Shown here: piece by piece, positions 9,556-19,639 of the stretch
How the letters are laid out: each line of letters begins with the position of its first letter
Position numbering within the stretch: position 1 is the stretch's first letter
DNA from: an uncultured Candidatus Binatia bacterium
Lineage (GTDB): Bacteria > Desulfobacterota > Binatia > Bin18
Length of the DNA: 64,000 nucleotides
NCBI GenBank assembly: GCA_965247985.1
Contig: OZ252051.1
Location: 3,708,240-3,772,239 of the forward strand
Reading direction: 5' to 3'
The notes under the pieces: generated by a model
Database searches by the model: none
What the model was told of the DNA's origin: nothing
The model's input: the letters and a program-made list of their open reading frames with translations, nothing else
Position numbers and translations under genes: made by a program

Positions 9556-10746
9556 TCAGTGACGTAAAATCGCGATCGACCCATGCCCGTGACCTCCCCA
9601 GCCGGTCACCACCCCGAACTCGGCGTCTTGCACTTGACGCGAGCCAGCCTCGTGGCGGAGTTGCACGACAGCCTCAACCAGGTGGTTCATACCGGTATTG
9701 TGCGCCTGTGAGAGCAGACCGCCGTGCGTATTCACCGGCAGCGCGCCGCCGAGTTCGATCCGTCCGTTTTCAACGAAAGGTCCACCTTCGCCTTTCTTGC
9801 AGAATCCCGCCGACTCGATTTGCAAAATGGCCTGCCCGGTGAAGCAGTCGTAAATCTCGGCGAAATCAATATCGCTCGGCTGGACCCCGGCCATCGCGTA
9901 GGCGCGCGACGCACAAAAGTCGAGTCCGATTTTGAGGATATCGGGTCGATTGGGAATGTCGTGGGGTGGAAACGGATGGCCCGACGCCACGCCCGTCACA
10001 TAGACAGGCTTCTTGCGCAGATCTTTGGCGCGCTCGGCAGACGTCATGAGTAACGCTGCAGCGCCATCGGTCTCCAGGCAACAATCCAACAGCCGGTAGG
10101 GATAACTGATCCACCGCGACGACAAGTAATCCTCCAAGGTGAGCGGCGCCCGCTGCATGAGGGCGTTGGGGTGCAACTGGGCATGTTTGCGCATCGCCAC
10201 CGCCACCGCACCCAGTTGCTCGTGGGTGGTGCCATACCGTTGCATATGTCGCTGCGTCATCCATGCGTAATGTTGGGGCGGCGCCGCCACGCCGAACGGC
10301 GCGTAGTAGTCCCTGATGGTTTCCGCCGCTTGTAGTCCCGTCCCAGGGTCAGACGTCACCTGCCGAGCTCTCCGTCCGGAATAGAACCGGCTGCACAGAG
10401 GAATCAATGCATACTGCGCAATCCCACTGGCCAGCGCGGTGGCGGCGGACTCAACGGCAGACACACACATGGCCCCGCCCATTTCCTGGAGAGAGGTGGT
10501 GTAATGCAAATCTTGCAGCCCCAGGTTCGCACAAAAATCACCCGCCGTGCCGCCGCTCCCGGCGCCGTTGGGGAGAATCACCGCATCGATGTCTCCAGGC
10601 TGTATGCCGGCATCCTCGATCGCGCCCAGCGACGCGTCCAGGGCGAGTTCGAGCGCGCTCTTAGGCGTGCCGCGCGTGTAGTCTGTTTCGCCGATGCCGA
10701 CGATGCAGGCTTGGTCCCTCAAATCGGTTAACGCAGGCATACGCAT
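9556..10746 (-). CDS. Thiolase-like protein (SCP-x / lipid-transfer type)
   Basis: The 396-aa product has a thiolase fold (CIVGIGETDY...). It is paired with the DUF35 gene. Confidence 0.75.
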   Translation of the reverse strand: MRMPALTDLRDQACIVGIGETDYTRGTPKSALELALDASLGAIEDAGIQPGDIDAVILPNGAGSGGTAGDFCANLGLQDLHYTTSLQEMGGAMCVSAVESAATALASGIAQYALIPLCSRFYSGRRARQVTSDPGTGLQAAETIRDYYAPFGVAAPPQHYAWMTQRHMQRYGTTHEQLGAVAVAMRKHAQLHPNALMQRAPLTLEDYLSSRWISYPYRLLDCCLETDGAAALLMTSAERAKDLRKKPVYVTGVASGHPFPPHDIPNRPDILKIGLDFCASRAYAMAGVQPSDIDFAEIYDCFTGQAILQIESAGFCKKGEGGPFVENGRIELGGALPVNTHGGLLSQAHNTGMNHLVEAVVQLRHEAGSRQVQDAEFGVVTGWGGHGHGSIAILRH

Positions 10747-10759
10747 TGCCCCCTACAGG
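10577..10759. repeat. 183-bp segment duplicated at 13468-13650 (thiolase 5' end plus start)
   Basis: The two copies are essentially identical, with a single mismatch near the end. Confidence 0.8.
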
Positions 10760-10800
10760 TATGACATAGTTTCCAGGATGTGGCTTCGGCAAAGATCGGG

Positions 10801-11241
10801 CTACAGCCATTCCTCCTCTGTATGCAGGCGGGTCAGGTGAATCTTTTTCATCTTCCACCGGCCATCTTCCTTCACATAGTCTTCGTGATAATGTCCCCAG
10901 CCCTTAAAGTTGCAGGTCGGCAGGCGCACATCGTCAAACATCGACCAGACACCGCGTGCGGTTGTTGGGCTGGTCAGTTCGATTTCCGGCATGTAGCCCT
11001 GATGTATCGATTTTGCGCCGGTCATCAGCGTACGGATGCCGTCAACCAGCGCGTCGCGGCCCTCGATCTTGATGTCGCGCGGCAGATCCTCGCTGGCGCG
11101 CGGTGCGCCCTCGTATACCGCCGAAACATCGGCAGCGAAACATTCGCTCAAAAGATCCCACTGCCGCGTGTCCATCAATCGGAAATAGCGCGCTTTGAGC
11201 TGGCGGATCGCTTCCAAATCGTTGTGTTGGTCGATGGTCAT
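10801..11241 (-). CDS. SnoaL-like / NTF2-like (DUF4440) protein
   Basis: MTIDQHNDLEAIRQLKARYFRLMDTRQWDLL... is a 146-aa NTF2 fold. The long ORF upstream is not credible. Confidence 0.6.
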   Translation of the reverse strand: MTIDQHNDLEAIRQLKARYFRLMDTRQWDLLSECFAADVSAVYEGAPRASEDLPRDIKIEGRDALVDGIRTLMTGAKSIHQGYMPEIELTSPTTARGVWSMFDDVRLPTCNFKGWGHYHEDYVKEDGRWKMKKIHLTRLHTEEEWL

Positions 11242-11701
11242 GTGTTGCTCCCTTGGGCTGCGTGTTGTTTGATCAGCCGTCACAGAATGCCTGGACGGGC
11301 TCCTCACATCGAAGCTTCCATGCAGGCTTGCCGCGTAAAAGATCGGCCCAGGGTAGCGCGTTTGGGCAACAAAAACGAGGAGCAGCTGCGCCTCACGTTC
11401 CTCCAGGGCATGTTGGTGGGATGCTTCGCTCTGGCCCAGCATCGCTCCATCTCGCAGTATGCGTTGACAGCTCTGGGGCTTCTCAGTAGACTGCGTCGTC
11501 ACTCCACTAAAACACTCTTTTGATCGGTATTGAGGGAGAAGAGTAGGGTGTTGACAATGACGGAAAAAGTGCTGGCACGCGCCGCAGGACGTGCCTGGAT
11601 GCCGCCGGGCGACCTTGTCGTCTGCGAGGTCACCCGTCCCGTCATGAGTGGCCGTTATTTTTGTCCTGCGCGCCCCGAGCGGTTTTTCGTGAGGAATCAT
11701 C

Positions 11702-13384
11702 ATGGCTGACACACAACTGAATCGTACCAGCGCCCACATCACCCAGCCCAAGTCGCAGGGGGCGTCTCAGGCTATGCTGTACGCCACGGGGCTGACCGAA
11801 GCCGATATGCAGCGCGCCCAAGTCGGTATCGCCAGCGTGTGGTTCGACGGCAATCCGTGCAACATGCACCTGGGCGACATCGCCACGAAGGTCAAAGAAG
11901 GCGTGGTTGCCGCCGACATGGTCGGGATGCGTTTCAACACGATTGGGGTGTCCGACGGCATTTCTATGGGCACGAGCGGCATGAGCTTCTCGCTGCAATC
12001 GCGCGACCTCATCGCCGACTCCATCGAAACCGTTATGGGTGCGCAATGGTATGACGGCCTCATCACCATCCCCGGCTGCGACAAAAATATGCCCGGCGTC
12101 ATCATGGCGATGGGACGTGTGAATCGCCCGGCCTTGATGATCTACGGCGGCACCATCCGCCCCGGTCACAGCGGCGGTAAGACGCTCGATATCGTGTCGG
12201 CGTTCCAGTGCTATGGCCAGTATATTACCAAAACCATCACCGACGCCGAGCGCCAGGATGTCGTCCGCCATGCCTGCCCCGGCGCCGGGGCGTGTGGCGG
12301 CATGTACACCGCCAACACCATGGCCTCAGCCATTGAAGCGCTGGGCATGAGCCTGCCGTTCAGCTCCTCGACGCCGGCCACCGACCCCGGCAAGCTCGAC
12401 GAGAGCCTCCGGGCTGGACAGGCGATGCGCGCCTTGCTGGAGCAGGATATCAAACCGCGCGATATTATGACCCGTCAAGCGTTCGAAAACGCCATGGTTA
12501 TGCTCATGGCGCTAGGCGGCTCCACCAACGCCGTGCTGCATCTGATCGCTATGGCTCGCGCTGTTGACGTGGCACTCACCCTCGACGACTTCCAGGCGGT
12601 GAGTGACCGTGTGCCGTATGTGGCCGACCTCAAACCCAGCGGCAAGTACGTGATGGAAGATCTGCATAACATCGGCGGCACCCCAGCAGTGATGCAGTAC
12701 CTCCTGGACAAAGGGCTGCTGCATGGTGACTGCCTGACGGTGACGGGCAAGACCCTGGCCGAAAATCTGCGAGATCTGCCCGGACTCCCGGAAGAACAGG
12801 ACATTATTCAGCCGCTCGAACGTCCGATTAAAGAGACGGGGCATATTTGTATTCTCAAAGGCAATCTCGCACCAGGTGGGGCGGTGGGTAAAATTACCGG
12901 GAAAGAAGGTTTGGTTTTCACTGGACCAGCCAAGGTCTTCGACTCGGAAGAGGATATGCTGCATGCGCTCGAACGCCAGGAGATCAAACACGGCGATGTC
13001 GTGGTCATTCGCTACGAGGGTCCGAAAGGCGGACCGGGTATGCCGGAAATGCTGACCCCCACGTCAGCCCTGGTGGGTGCCGGTCTGGGTGGGGGCGTCG
13101 CGCTCTTGACCGACGGACGTTTTTCCGGCGGCTCGCACGGTTTCCTCATCGGTCATATCGTACCCGAAGCGCAGGAAGGCGGCCCGATCGGCCTGATTCA
13201 GGACGGCGACATCATCACCATTGATGCGGAGCAAAACAGCCTTGACGTTGCCGTCAGTGACGAGGAGCTGGCACGCCGTCAGGCACAGTGGACCATGCCG
13301 CCGTACAAGGCGACGCGAGGGACGCTGTACAAATATATCAAGAGCGTGAAAAATGCCTCCGAAGGCTGCGTGACGGACGAATAA
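11702..13384 (+). CDS. ilvD: Dihydroxy-acid dehydratase (IlvD/EDD family), 560 aa
   Basis: ...[28 protein letters not shown]... carries the Fe-S ligand motif, and the protein has the short-form DHAD length. Confidence 0.8.
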   Translation: MADTQLNRTSAHITQPKSQGASQAMLYATGLTEADMQRAQVGIASVWFDGNPCNMHLGDIATKVKEGVVAADMVGMRFNTIGVSDGISMGTSGMSFSLQSRDLIADSIETVMGAQWYDGLITIPGCDKNMPGVIMAMGRVNRPALMIYGGTIRPGHSGGKTLDIVSAFQCYGQYITKTITDAERQDVVRHACPGAGACGGMYTANTMASAIEALGMSLPFSSSTPATDPGKLDESLRAGQAMRALLEQDIKPRDIMTRQAFENAMVMLMALGGSTNAVLHLIAMARAVDVALTLDDFQAVSDRVPYVADLKPSGKYVMEDLHNIGGTPAVMQYLLDKGLLHGDCLTVTGKTLAENLRDLPGLPEEQDIIQPLERPIKETGHICILKGNLAPGGAVGKITGKEGLVFTGPAKVFDSEEDMLHALERQEIKHGDVVVIRYEGPKGGPGMPEMLTPTSALVGAGLGGGVALLTDGRFSGGSHGFLIGHIVPEAQEGGPIGLIQDGDIITIDAEQNSLDVAVSDEELARRQAQWTMPPYKATRGTLYKYIKSVKNASEGCVTDE

Positions 13385-13467
13385 ATTCTTTGCGCCTCTC
13401 CGGCTAACGGCTTGTTGCCTCACTCGAGCGTCTGCTTGTTGAGCCGCCCCTTCCCCCTGTTTATGAG

Positions 13468-13650
13468 ATCACCGCATCGATGTCTCCAGGCTGTATGCCG
13501 GCATCCTCGATCGCGCCCAGCGACGCGTCCAGGGCGAGTTCGAGCGCGCTCTTAGGCGTGCCGCGCGTGTAGTCTGTTTCGCCGATGCCGACGATGCAGG
13601 CTTGGTCCCTCAAATCGGTTAACGCAGGCATACGCATTACCCCCTACATT
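13468..13650 (-). pseudogene. Thiolase gene 5' fragment (first ~58 codons), duplicate of 10577-10759
   Basis: It is an exact DNA duplicate. It encodes MRMPALTDLRDQACIVGIGETDY... and then ends. Confidence 0.75.
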
Positions 13651-14025
13651 CATGACAGCGAGGTCTTCCAAATGCTCAGCATCCAGATCGAAGCGCCGCT
13701 TTCGCGTGCGATAGGCCCCTAGACCTTTGCTGTGTCATAACTCGCGTACGTAGTTCAGCTTCATCACAGGTCAGAGCCTGCTCTCGGAGCCGTTGTACTC
13801 CTGTGCATATCGTTGGACAAGCAGCTCCGCCTCCGTAAGCATGGAATTGAGGCCACAACCTTGCACTCATCACGTTTGACAACTAAAGAAAACAGTGAGG
13901 GTCATACCACGGTATGGACAGATCGTCTGCCACAACGTGGCGAAGCTCTACCGGATCGCGCTCGAAGGCATGAACTCACGTAGCGTGAGGTCAGATGCAG
14001 AGCGTTCTTAGGAGGATTCACGCGC

Positions 14026-14856
14026 ATGAGTTATATCGACGTCGTCGAGAAAATCGACATACCAAGACCGCAGAAGCATTATACCGAGCCCTATTTTGAA
14101 GAGGTGCTTGGCCTTCCGATCGCGTATCGCCGCGAGGGGGCGGGCGAAGCTACGGTTTTGTTTCACGGGGCCGGCTTCACACGCATGTGGCTTCCGTTCT
14201 ATGCCATGCTTGCAGAAAAACTGGACTTCGTTGCCCCTGAGTGCCCCGGTTTTGGTGAAACTCCGCTGCCGCAGTGGGTGCGCGGTTTCGATGATCTCAC
14301 CATCCTCTATGACCAGTTGTTCGAGCAGCTTGAACTCTCCCAAATCCACCTCATTGGTTTTTCGATGGGTGGCTGGGCAGCCGCCGAGTTTGCTTCGTTT
14401 TATCCGCGCCGGCTCAAATCGCTCTCGCTCATCACACCGGTTGGACTGCGTCTTGAAGACGATCCTGGAGTCGACATTTTTCAGCTCTCCCCACCCGAAG
14501 TCATGGACCGTCTATTCAAGGACAAGGACGTGATGCAGGAATGGTTACCGGACGGGGAGGATTTCGATGAAGGCATTCATATGTATAGTGAATCCTCTGC
14601 CGCGGCGCGCCTCATGTGGGCACCGCGCTACAACCTCAAGCTCGAACACCGCCTACAGCGACTGACCTGTCCAACCCAGGTAATTGGGGCTGAAGAAGAC
14701 CGCCTCGTCCCTAACGCCATGTCGGATAAATTTGCCGCAGTATTACCTAACTGCCGACTGATCCGCATCGCGGGCACCGGCCACGAACCGCTTTTGGAAC
14801 GGCCGCGTGAACTCGCTGCTATTCTGACGGTTTTTATCGAGGAGGCTACACAATGA
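14026..14856 (+). CDS. Alpha/beta hydrolase
   Basis: The GFSMGG nucleophile elbow is present, and HGAG forms the oxyanion region. Confidence 0.75.
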   Translation: MSYIDVVEKIDIPRPQKHYTEPYFEEVLGLPIAYRREGAGEATVLFHGAGFTRMWLPFYAMLAEKLDFVAPECPGFGETPLPQWVRGFDDLTILYDQLFEQLELSQIHLIGFSMGGWAAAEFASFYPRRLKSLSLITPVGLRLEDDPGVDIFQLSPPEVMDRLFKDKDVMQEWLPDGEDFDEGIHMYSESSAAARLMWAPRYNLKLEHRLQRLTCPTQVIGAEEDRLVPNAMSDKFAAVLPNCRLIRIAGTGHEPLLERPRELAAILTVFIEEATQ

Positions 14857-16190
14857 ACAAGCTGCGTTTTTATTTCTTTCACTTGATGCCCTACCCGTAC
14901 ATTCCGCCGGCGTCTGAAATCCAGTCAACCTGGGTGTCGTTGTCGAATAAGTATTATGACCCACATCGCGGCCACTCGCTGTACAACGAATACCTCGACC
15001 AACTCGCCGCTGCTGAACAATTCGGTTTCGACGCGATTGCTGTAAACGAACATCACGCGAATTTCTATGGCACTATGCCGTCGCCAAACATTATCGCAGC
15101 GATGCTTGTGCAGCGGACGAAAGAAATCCCGATCGGCATTATCGGCAACGCCATCCCCCTGCATGGCAACCCCCTGCGGGTCGCCGAGGAAATCGCCATG
15201 CTCGACGTTATTTCGGGCGGTCGCATTATTTCAGGCTTTGTGCGCGGCATCGGTTGTGAATATTTCAACAACGGTATCGCGCCGGCCGATTCGCTGGAAC
15301 GCTTCAATGAAGCCCATGACTTGATCCTCAAAGCCTGGACTGATGACGGCCCATTTACCTGGCAGGGCGATCATTTCTACGTCCCTAATGTCAATCCAAT
15401 TCCGCGCCCGATTCAGCAACCACATCCGCCGATCTGGATCCCAGGCCAAGGCTCGCTCGAAACGTTACAGTTCATTGCGGAACACAAATACACCTATATG
15501 ATGGTGTTCTCTCCCTTGTGGTTCACCAAGATGGCGTTCGACGGCCTGCGGGAAGAGTGTAATCGGCTCGGTTACGACGCACCCAAGAGTATGTTCAACG
15601 CCTGCGTACCAACCTACGTCGCCGAGACCGACGAACAAGCTCACCGCGAGGCTAAAGCCCACCTGTCGTGGGTCTTCAACACAGGGCTCAAAATCCCTGA
15701 CCAATTCTTTTTCCCGCCGGGCTATATGTCGACCAAGTCGTTTCGCAACTTCATCGGCCTGCTGCAAAAAGGGAAGGTCAAACCGCAAGTCAACCTGACC
15801 TATGACGAGCTGATCGCCGATCGCTATATCATTGTCGGCTCTCCCGAGACGGTCAAGAACGAACTCGGCCACTACTGCGACGAAGTTGGCGCGGGTGGTA
15901 TGATCGGCCCGGGCTCGCCCTACGGACCGATGCCGAACTGGATGGTCATGAAGCACATGCAGATCGTTTCCGAGGAAGTCATGCCCGAATTCCGCGAAGC
16001 CGATGGCTTGCCGGACTACCAGCGAGCCGAGCCGAACTCACAACGCTCGCGTGCCGAACTCGCCGCAGTCAAAGGCAAACCGGAAGAAACTGCTCGCTCT
16101 CGGGTGACGGGCGGCGGCGACAGACTGATCGAACACCGCCTGGCCCACGTTGCAGAGGTGATTGATCCGACAATGGAACAAGCACAGTGA
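14853..16190 (+). CDS. LLM-class flavin-dependent monooxygenase (luciferase-like), 445 aa
   Basis: Its start overlaps the hydrolase stop (ATGA). The luciferase-like TIM barrel is present. Confidence 0.75.
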   Translation: MNKLRFYFFHLMPYPYIPPASEIQSTWVSLSNKYYDPHRGHSLYNEYLDQLAAAEQFGFDAIAVNEHHANFYGTMPSPNIIAAMLVQRTKEIPIGIIGNAIPLHGNPLRVAEEIAMLDVISGGRIISGFVRGIGCEYFNNGIAPADSLERFNEAHDLILKAWTDDGPFTWQGDHFYVPNVNPIPRPIQQPHPPIWIPGQGSLETLQFIAEHKYTYMMVFSPLWFTKMAFDGLREECNRLGYDAPKSMFNACVPTYVAETDEQAHREAKAHLSWVFNTGLKIPDQFFFPPGYMSTKSFRNFIGLLQKGKVKPQVNLTYDELIADRYIIVGSPETVKNELGHYCDEVGAGGMIGPGSPYGPMPNWMVMKHMQIVSEEVMPEFREADGLPDYQRAEPNSQRSRAELAAVKGKPEETARSRVTGGGDRLIEHRLAHVAEVIDPTMEQAQ

Positions 16191-16197
16191 AGCGTAC

Positions 16198-16210
16198 CTG
16201 ACAATACCCA
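16198..16210. mobile_element. Solo IS6-like IR remnant (CCTGACAATACCC)
   Basis: It matches the 7538-7550 IR core and lies between the two LLM paralogs. Confidence 0.3.
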
Positions 16211-16375
16211 CAACGGCCTTCCGGCGGGGCGACAGCGATGCTATGAGTCGAGAGCCCGCGCAGGAAGCGACACTCGAAGGCACGGGGCATCATCCCGAGA
16301 GCGAGCGCGAGGAGAAGATGTCGCGGGCCGAAAACGAAGGCTTGAGCTGACCACAATCCGTCGAGGGAACCCCAG

Positions 16376-17707
16376 ATGCAAATCGGATATTTCACCGAAC
16401 GACCGTATCGCTGGCTGCCGGAAGAGCTCGTTTTGAAGAATCGGGCGTTTTTCGCCATATCGAACGAGCATTTCGACCGCGAAAAGGCGGCCGATGACTA
16501 CAATTACTACCTCGACGAATATTGCTACGCCGAGGACCTGGGCTTCGACGCCCTGGCCCTGAATGAGCATCATGGCAACCCGATCTGCATGGGGTCGGTC
16601 ATGAATGTAGAAGCCTCTATCCTGGCTCGGATTACCAGCAAAGCCAAAATTGTTCTGGTCGGGAACCCCTTGCCGGTTATCAAGCATCCGCTGCGGATGG
16701 CCGAAGAGTTGGCCGAGATCGATTTGATCTCGCGTGGCCGCCTGGTCACCGGCTGGGTGCGCGGCGCGGGCAGCGAGCAGTTCTTCAATAATGCCAATCC
16801 GGCCTACAACCGCGAGCTGTTCAACGAAGCGCATGACTTTATCGTGCAGGCCTGGACTAAACCCGGTCCATGGCGCTACGAGGGTAAACATTTTCATTAT
16901 CGCCACGTCAATCCATGGGCGCTGCCCTACCAAAAACCCTATCCGCCGATGTGGATTCCTGGGACGCTGAGCCCTGAGACCGTCGAGTGGTCTGCCGCAC
17001 ATCGGTATCCGTATATCGGGCTTGGCACCCCGCTACCGGCCACGTGCGAGTTATGGGACTTCTACGCGGACGAAGCGGCCAAGCATGGCTATCAAGCCGG
17101 GCCGGAGAATTTCGGCTATATGGTCGCAACAGCCGTGGGAGAGACGGAGGAGAAAGCGCAGCAGGCCGCGGCAGGATTCGTCTACGGGGGAGGGCAGAAT
17201 GCCTTCTCGGGGGCGGAATTCATGATGCCGCCGGGCTACAACTCGAAAGCGGCCATTCGCAACTTGGCAAAGACCCAGAGTAGCGTATGGCTCGGGATCA
17301 GCGGCCAGAAGCTAAAAGAGCAGAAGCAGGGCGTAGCGGACGAAGAGATCGATTATACTGCTATCCGGGGCAAGCTGCAGGCGGCGCTGGAGCGCGGGCA
17401 GCAGAATATGCAGGTGATTGTCGGCACGCCCACGACCGTGATCCCCAAAATCAAGGCGATCATGAGCGTCCTGCGGGTCGGGATCTTCATCATCCTGCAC
17501 CTTCAGGGACCGCACAGTGATGACGAGCGGCGCACCAGCATGCGCTTATTCGCGGAAGAGGTGATGCCGGAGCTAAAGGATCACGCACGGGAGATCGGTA
17601 TCACAGACCCGTTTGAGCGCCAGCCCGGCTCGGTTACCTTGGGAGCCGGGACCAAGCGTGCACCCGTCGCGGATCGCGGCCCACTGCCCGGGCTGGGGTT
17701 CCACTAG
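16376..17707 (+). CDS. LLM-class flavin-dependent monooxygenase, paralog of 14853-16190
   Basis: MQIGYFTERPYRWLPEEL... has the same domain architecture as its adjacent paralog. Confidence 0.75.
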   Translation: MQIGYFTERPYRWLPEELVLKNRAFFAISNEHFDREKAADDYNYYLDEYCYAEDLGFDALALNEHHGNPICMGSVMNVEASILARITSKAKIVLVGNPLPVIKHPLRMAEELAEIDLISRGRLVTGWVRGAGSEQFFNNANPAYNRELFNEAHDFIVQAWTKPGPWRYEGKHFHYRHVNPWALPYQKPYPPMWIPGTLSPETVEWSAAHRYPYIGLGTPLPATCELWDFYADEAAKHGYQAGPENFGYMVATAVGETEEKAQQAAAGFVYGGGQNAFSGAEFMMPPGYNSKAAIRNLAKTQSSVWLGISGQKLKEQKQGVADEEIDYTAIRGKLQAALERGQQNMQVIVGTPTTVIPKIKAIMSVLRVGIFIILHLQGPHSDDERRTSMRLFAEEVMPELKDHAREIGITDPFERQPGSVTLGAGTKRAPVADRGPLPGLGFH

Positions 17708-17779
17708 AGCAATTCACGATTCCGTATAGCCACCCGTCATTCCTGCGAAAGCAGGAATCCAGCCCCGCGGTCACCCCTC

Positions 17780-17996
17780 GCCAAGTTGCAAATGCTTGAT
17801 CTCGAAACAACCGATAGTGGCATACCTTCATGAAGTGGCGACCAGCGCGAAAGAGATTGTTGGTGGAGCTATGAACGGAAAGAAAGCGTTGCACATGTCG
17901 AAGGGACTTAAACCCGCGCATGTGGCGTTCGCCTTGACGAGTGGGTAGGTAAGAGCATCTGATGATTACTGCATACGACAGACAGTAACTCTTCAC
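17780..17996 (-). pseudogene. IS6-family transposase C-terminal remnant, internally deleted
   Basis: RGFKSLRHVQRFLSVHSSTNNLFRAGRHFMKVCHYRLFRDQAFATW resembles the fragment at 3928-4188. An IR-like AACTTGACAATACCG lies at 18009-18023. Confidence 0.5.
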
Positions 17997-18099
17997 AAAG
18001 GATTAATAACTTGACAATACCGTCCGACAACTTGACCCTACCCTTGCCAAGACAAGCCCTGCGTGCCACGGTAGGGTATCTTTAACTGGGGGGTATATT

Positions 18100-19377
18100 A
18101 TGGACCGGGTCAACGCCGCCGAGAACAACATTGTGGGGGTTACGGAGACAAATTCATCGGCCTATGTGCCTCCCCTCCAACTCACAGTAGGGCAGCCAGC
18201 CCCTATCGCGGCGAACGGTGGTTTATCCTATATGTCGTTCGATCGGGACGGGGATGCGGGTACTGCGGCGGCGACGGAGGCGGCGCTCCGCCAGATTACC
18301 GAGGGGGAAGAGCAAGCGGTTATCGACAGGATCAACAGCGCTCCTCCCGGCCCCATTGAGACCAAGTGGGGCGTCGGCTTTCGTAGCTACGCAGAGTGCC
18401 TGGACTATATTCGGGCGAACAACATCCAAGCCCCTGAAGGCGGCGTCGCACTGCCGCTACCCTACACCGTCCTCGAGCAGCCGTCCTACTCCATCGTCCC
18501 GTCTAACTCACTCTGGCGGGACCCGGCGCGCGTGGCCGAGGCAAAAATGTTGCGCAGGGAAGCGCAAGACATCAGTCGGGGATGCCTCTATTTTCCGCAG
18601 ATACTGCGCGATGCGCGGCGCATAGCGGAATACTACCCCGGTCTCTCGCCCACCAGCTCCGCGTGCATGGACAAGCTTGGTGTCTCGCTCGCCCACTGCG
18701 AGTCCAAGTGCGAGAACTTCTACGACGCCGCGGAGGTCGAGCGCGTGTTCTACCCGGAGATAGAGCAACTCCTCCTCAATTTCTTTCCCGATGCGACGGA
18801 TGCGTTCGTGTACAACCACGGCGTGTTTGACAAGGATTACAAGGGCGACGTTAAGGAGGATCAGGACAATAAGGACCCGGGGGTCAACACCTACTACGCC
18901 GACATCGTGCACAACGACCTGAACGACAACAGCGGCCGTGTGCGCTGCCGCGAGCTACTCACAAAGAATCTGCGGAACTTCGGGCGCACGCAGCACTACA
19001 CGGAGGCGGAGGCCGACGCGAAGATGTCGCGGCGGTTCATGTCGATCAACCTCGCCAAGCCGATGGAGACCGTGCGTCAGAACCCCTTCGTGCTGTGCGC
19101 TTGGCCCTCTTTCGCTGACCAGCCGTACATCAACAACTACCGGATCTACGACGACCGCGTGGGTGAGACCACCCGCTTCACCCATCGCCCCGACCACGAG
19201 TGGTACTGGCTTCCCCAGCAGAAGTCGACCGAGGTGTCGATGCTCAAGTGCTACGACTCGGTGACCGACGGCTCCGTCTCACGTTGGTCTTTCCACTCGG
19301 CCTGCGTCGACCCGACTGCACCCGAAGACGCCTCCTGTCGCAAGAACGTCGTGGTCCGCTCCTATATCTTCTTCTAA
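18100..19377 (+). CDS. CmcJ/NvfI/AsaB-family oxidoreductase-like protein with ~150-aa N-terminal extension
   Basis: The C-terminal ~270 aa end with ...MLKCYDSVTDGSVSRWSFHSACVDP, resembling the family C-terminal motif. The gene has very high GC3. Confidence 0.4.
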   Translation: MDRVNAAENNIVGVTETNSSAYVPPLQLTVGQPAPIAANGGLSYMSFDRDGDAGTAAATEAALRQITEGEEQAVIDRINSAPPGPIETKWGVGFRSYAECLDYIRANNIQAPEGGVALPLPYTVLEQPSYSIVPSNSLWRDPARVAEAKMLRREAQDISRGCLYFPQILRDARRIAEYYPGLSPTSSACMDKLGVSLAHCESKCENFYDAAEVERVFYPEIEQLLLNFFPDATDAFVYNHGVFDKDYKGDVKEDQDNKDPGVNTYYADIVHNDLNDNSGRVRCRELLTKNLRNFGRTQHYTEAEADAKMSRRFMSINLAKPMETVRQNPFVLCAWPSFADQPYINNYRIYDDRVGETTRFTHRPDHEWYWLPQQKSTEVSMLKCYDSVTDGSVSRWSFHSACVDPTAPEDASCRKNVVVRSYIFF

Positions 19378-19386
19378 GAAGAACAG

Positions 19387-19415
19387 CAGACGCAGCGGGG
19401 AACCCGCTGCGTCTG
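19387..19415 (+). terminator. GC-rich hairpin (13-bp stem) after CmcJ-like gene
   Basis: The sequence is CAGACGCAGCGGG-GAA-CCCGCTGCGTCTG, and no T-tract follows it. Confidence 0.4.
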
Positions 19416-19639
19416 ACCCGACCTCTGAGCATTGAACTCACGACCGCTTAAATGCCGTTCCAGTGTCGGCTGCAGCACCTACCGACACCTGCCTATAAGG
19501 CGGGCTCGCGTAGAAAAGGCAAGGGGAAGAAGTAGTAATAGGTAGTGACTACATATCTGCCAAGCCCCGAGAATATCTATCTTTCATTTTCCCAATGGCC
19601 CAGTTTCTCCCGAATCGTTGCCATCCCCCGCGGGCGGTC

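Noticed and set aside
11702-13384. ilvD as part of a branched-chain amino acid operon
   Set aside because: No ilvB, ilvC, ilvE or leu genes are nearby, and it sits inside a duplicated-repeat-bounded insert. It is kept as an IlvD/EDD-family dehydratase of uncertain physiological role.
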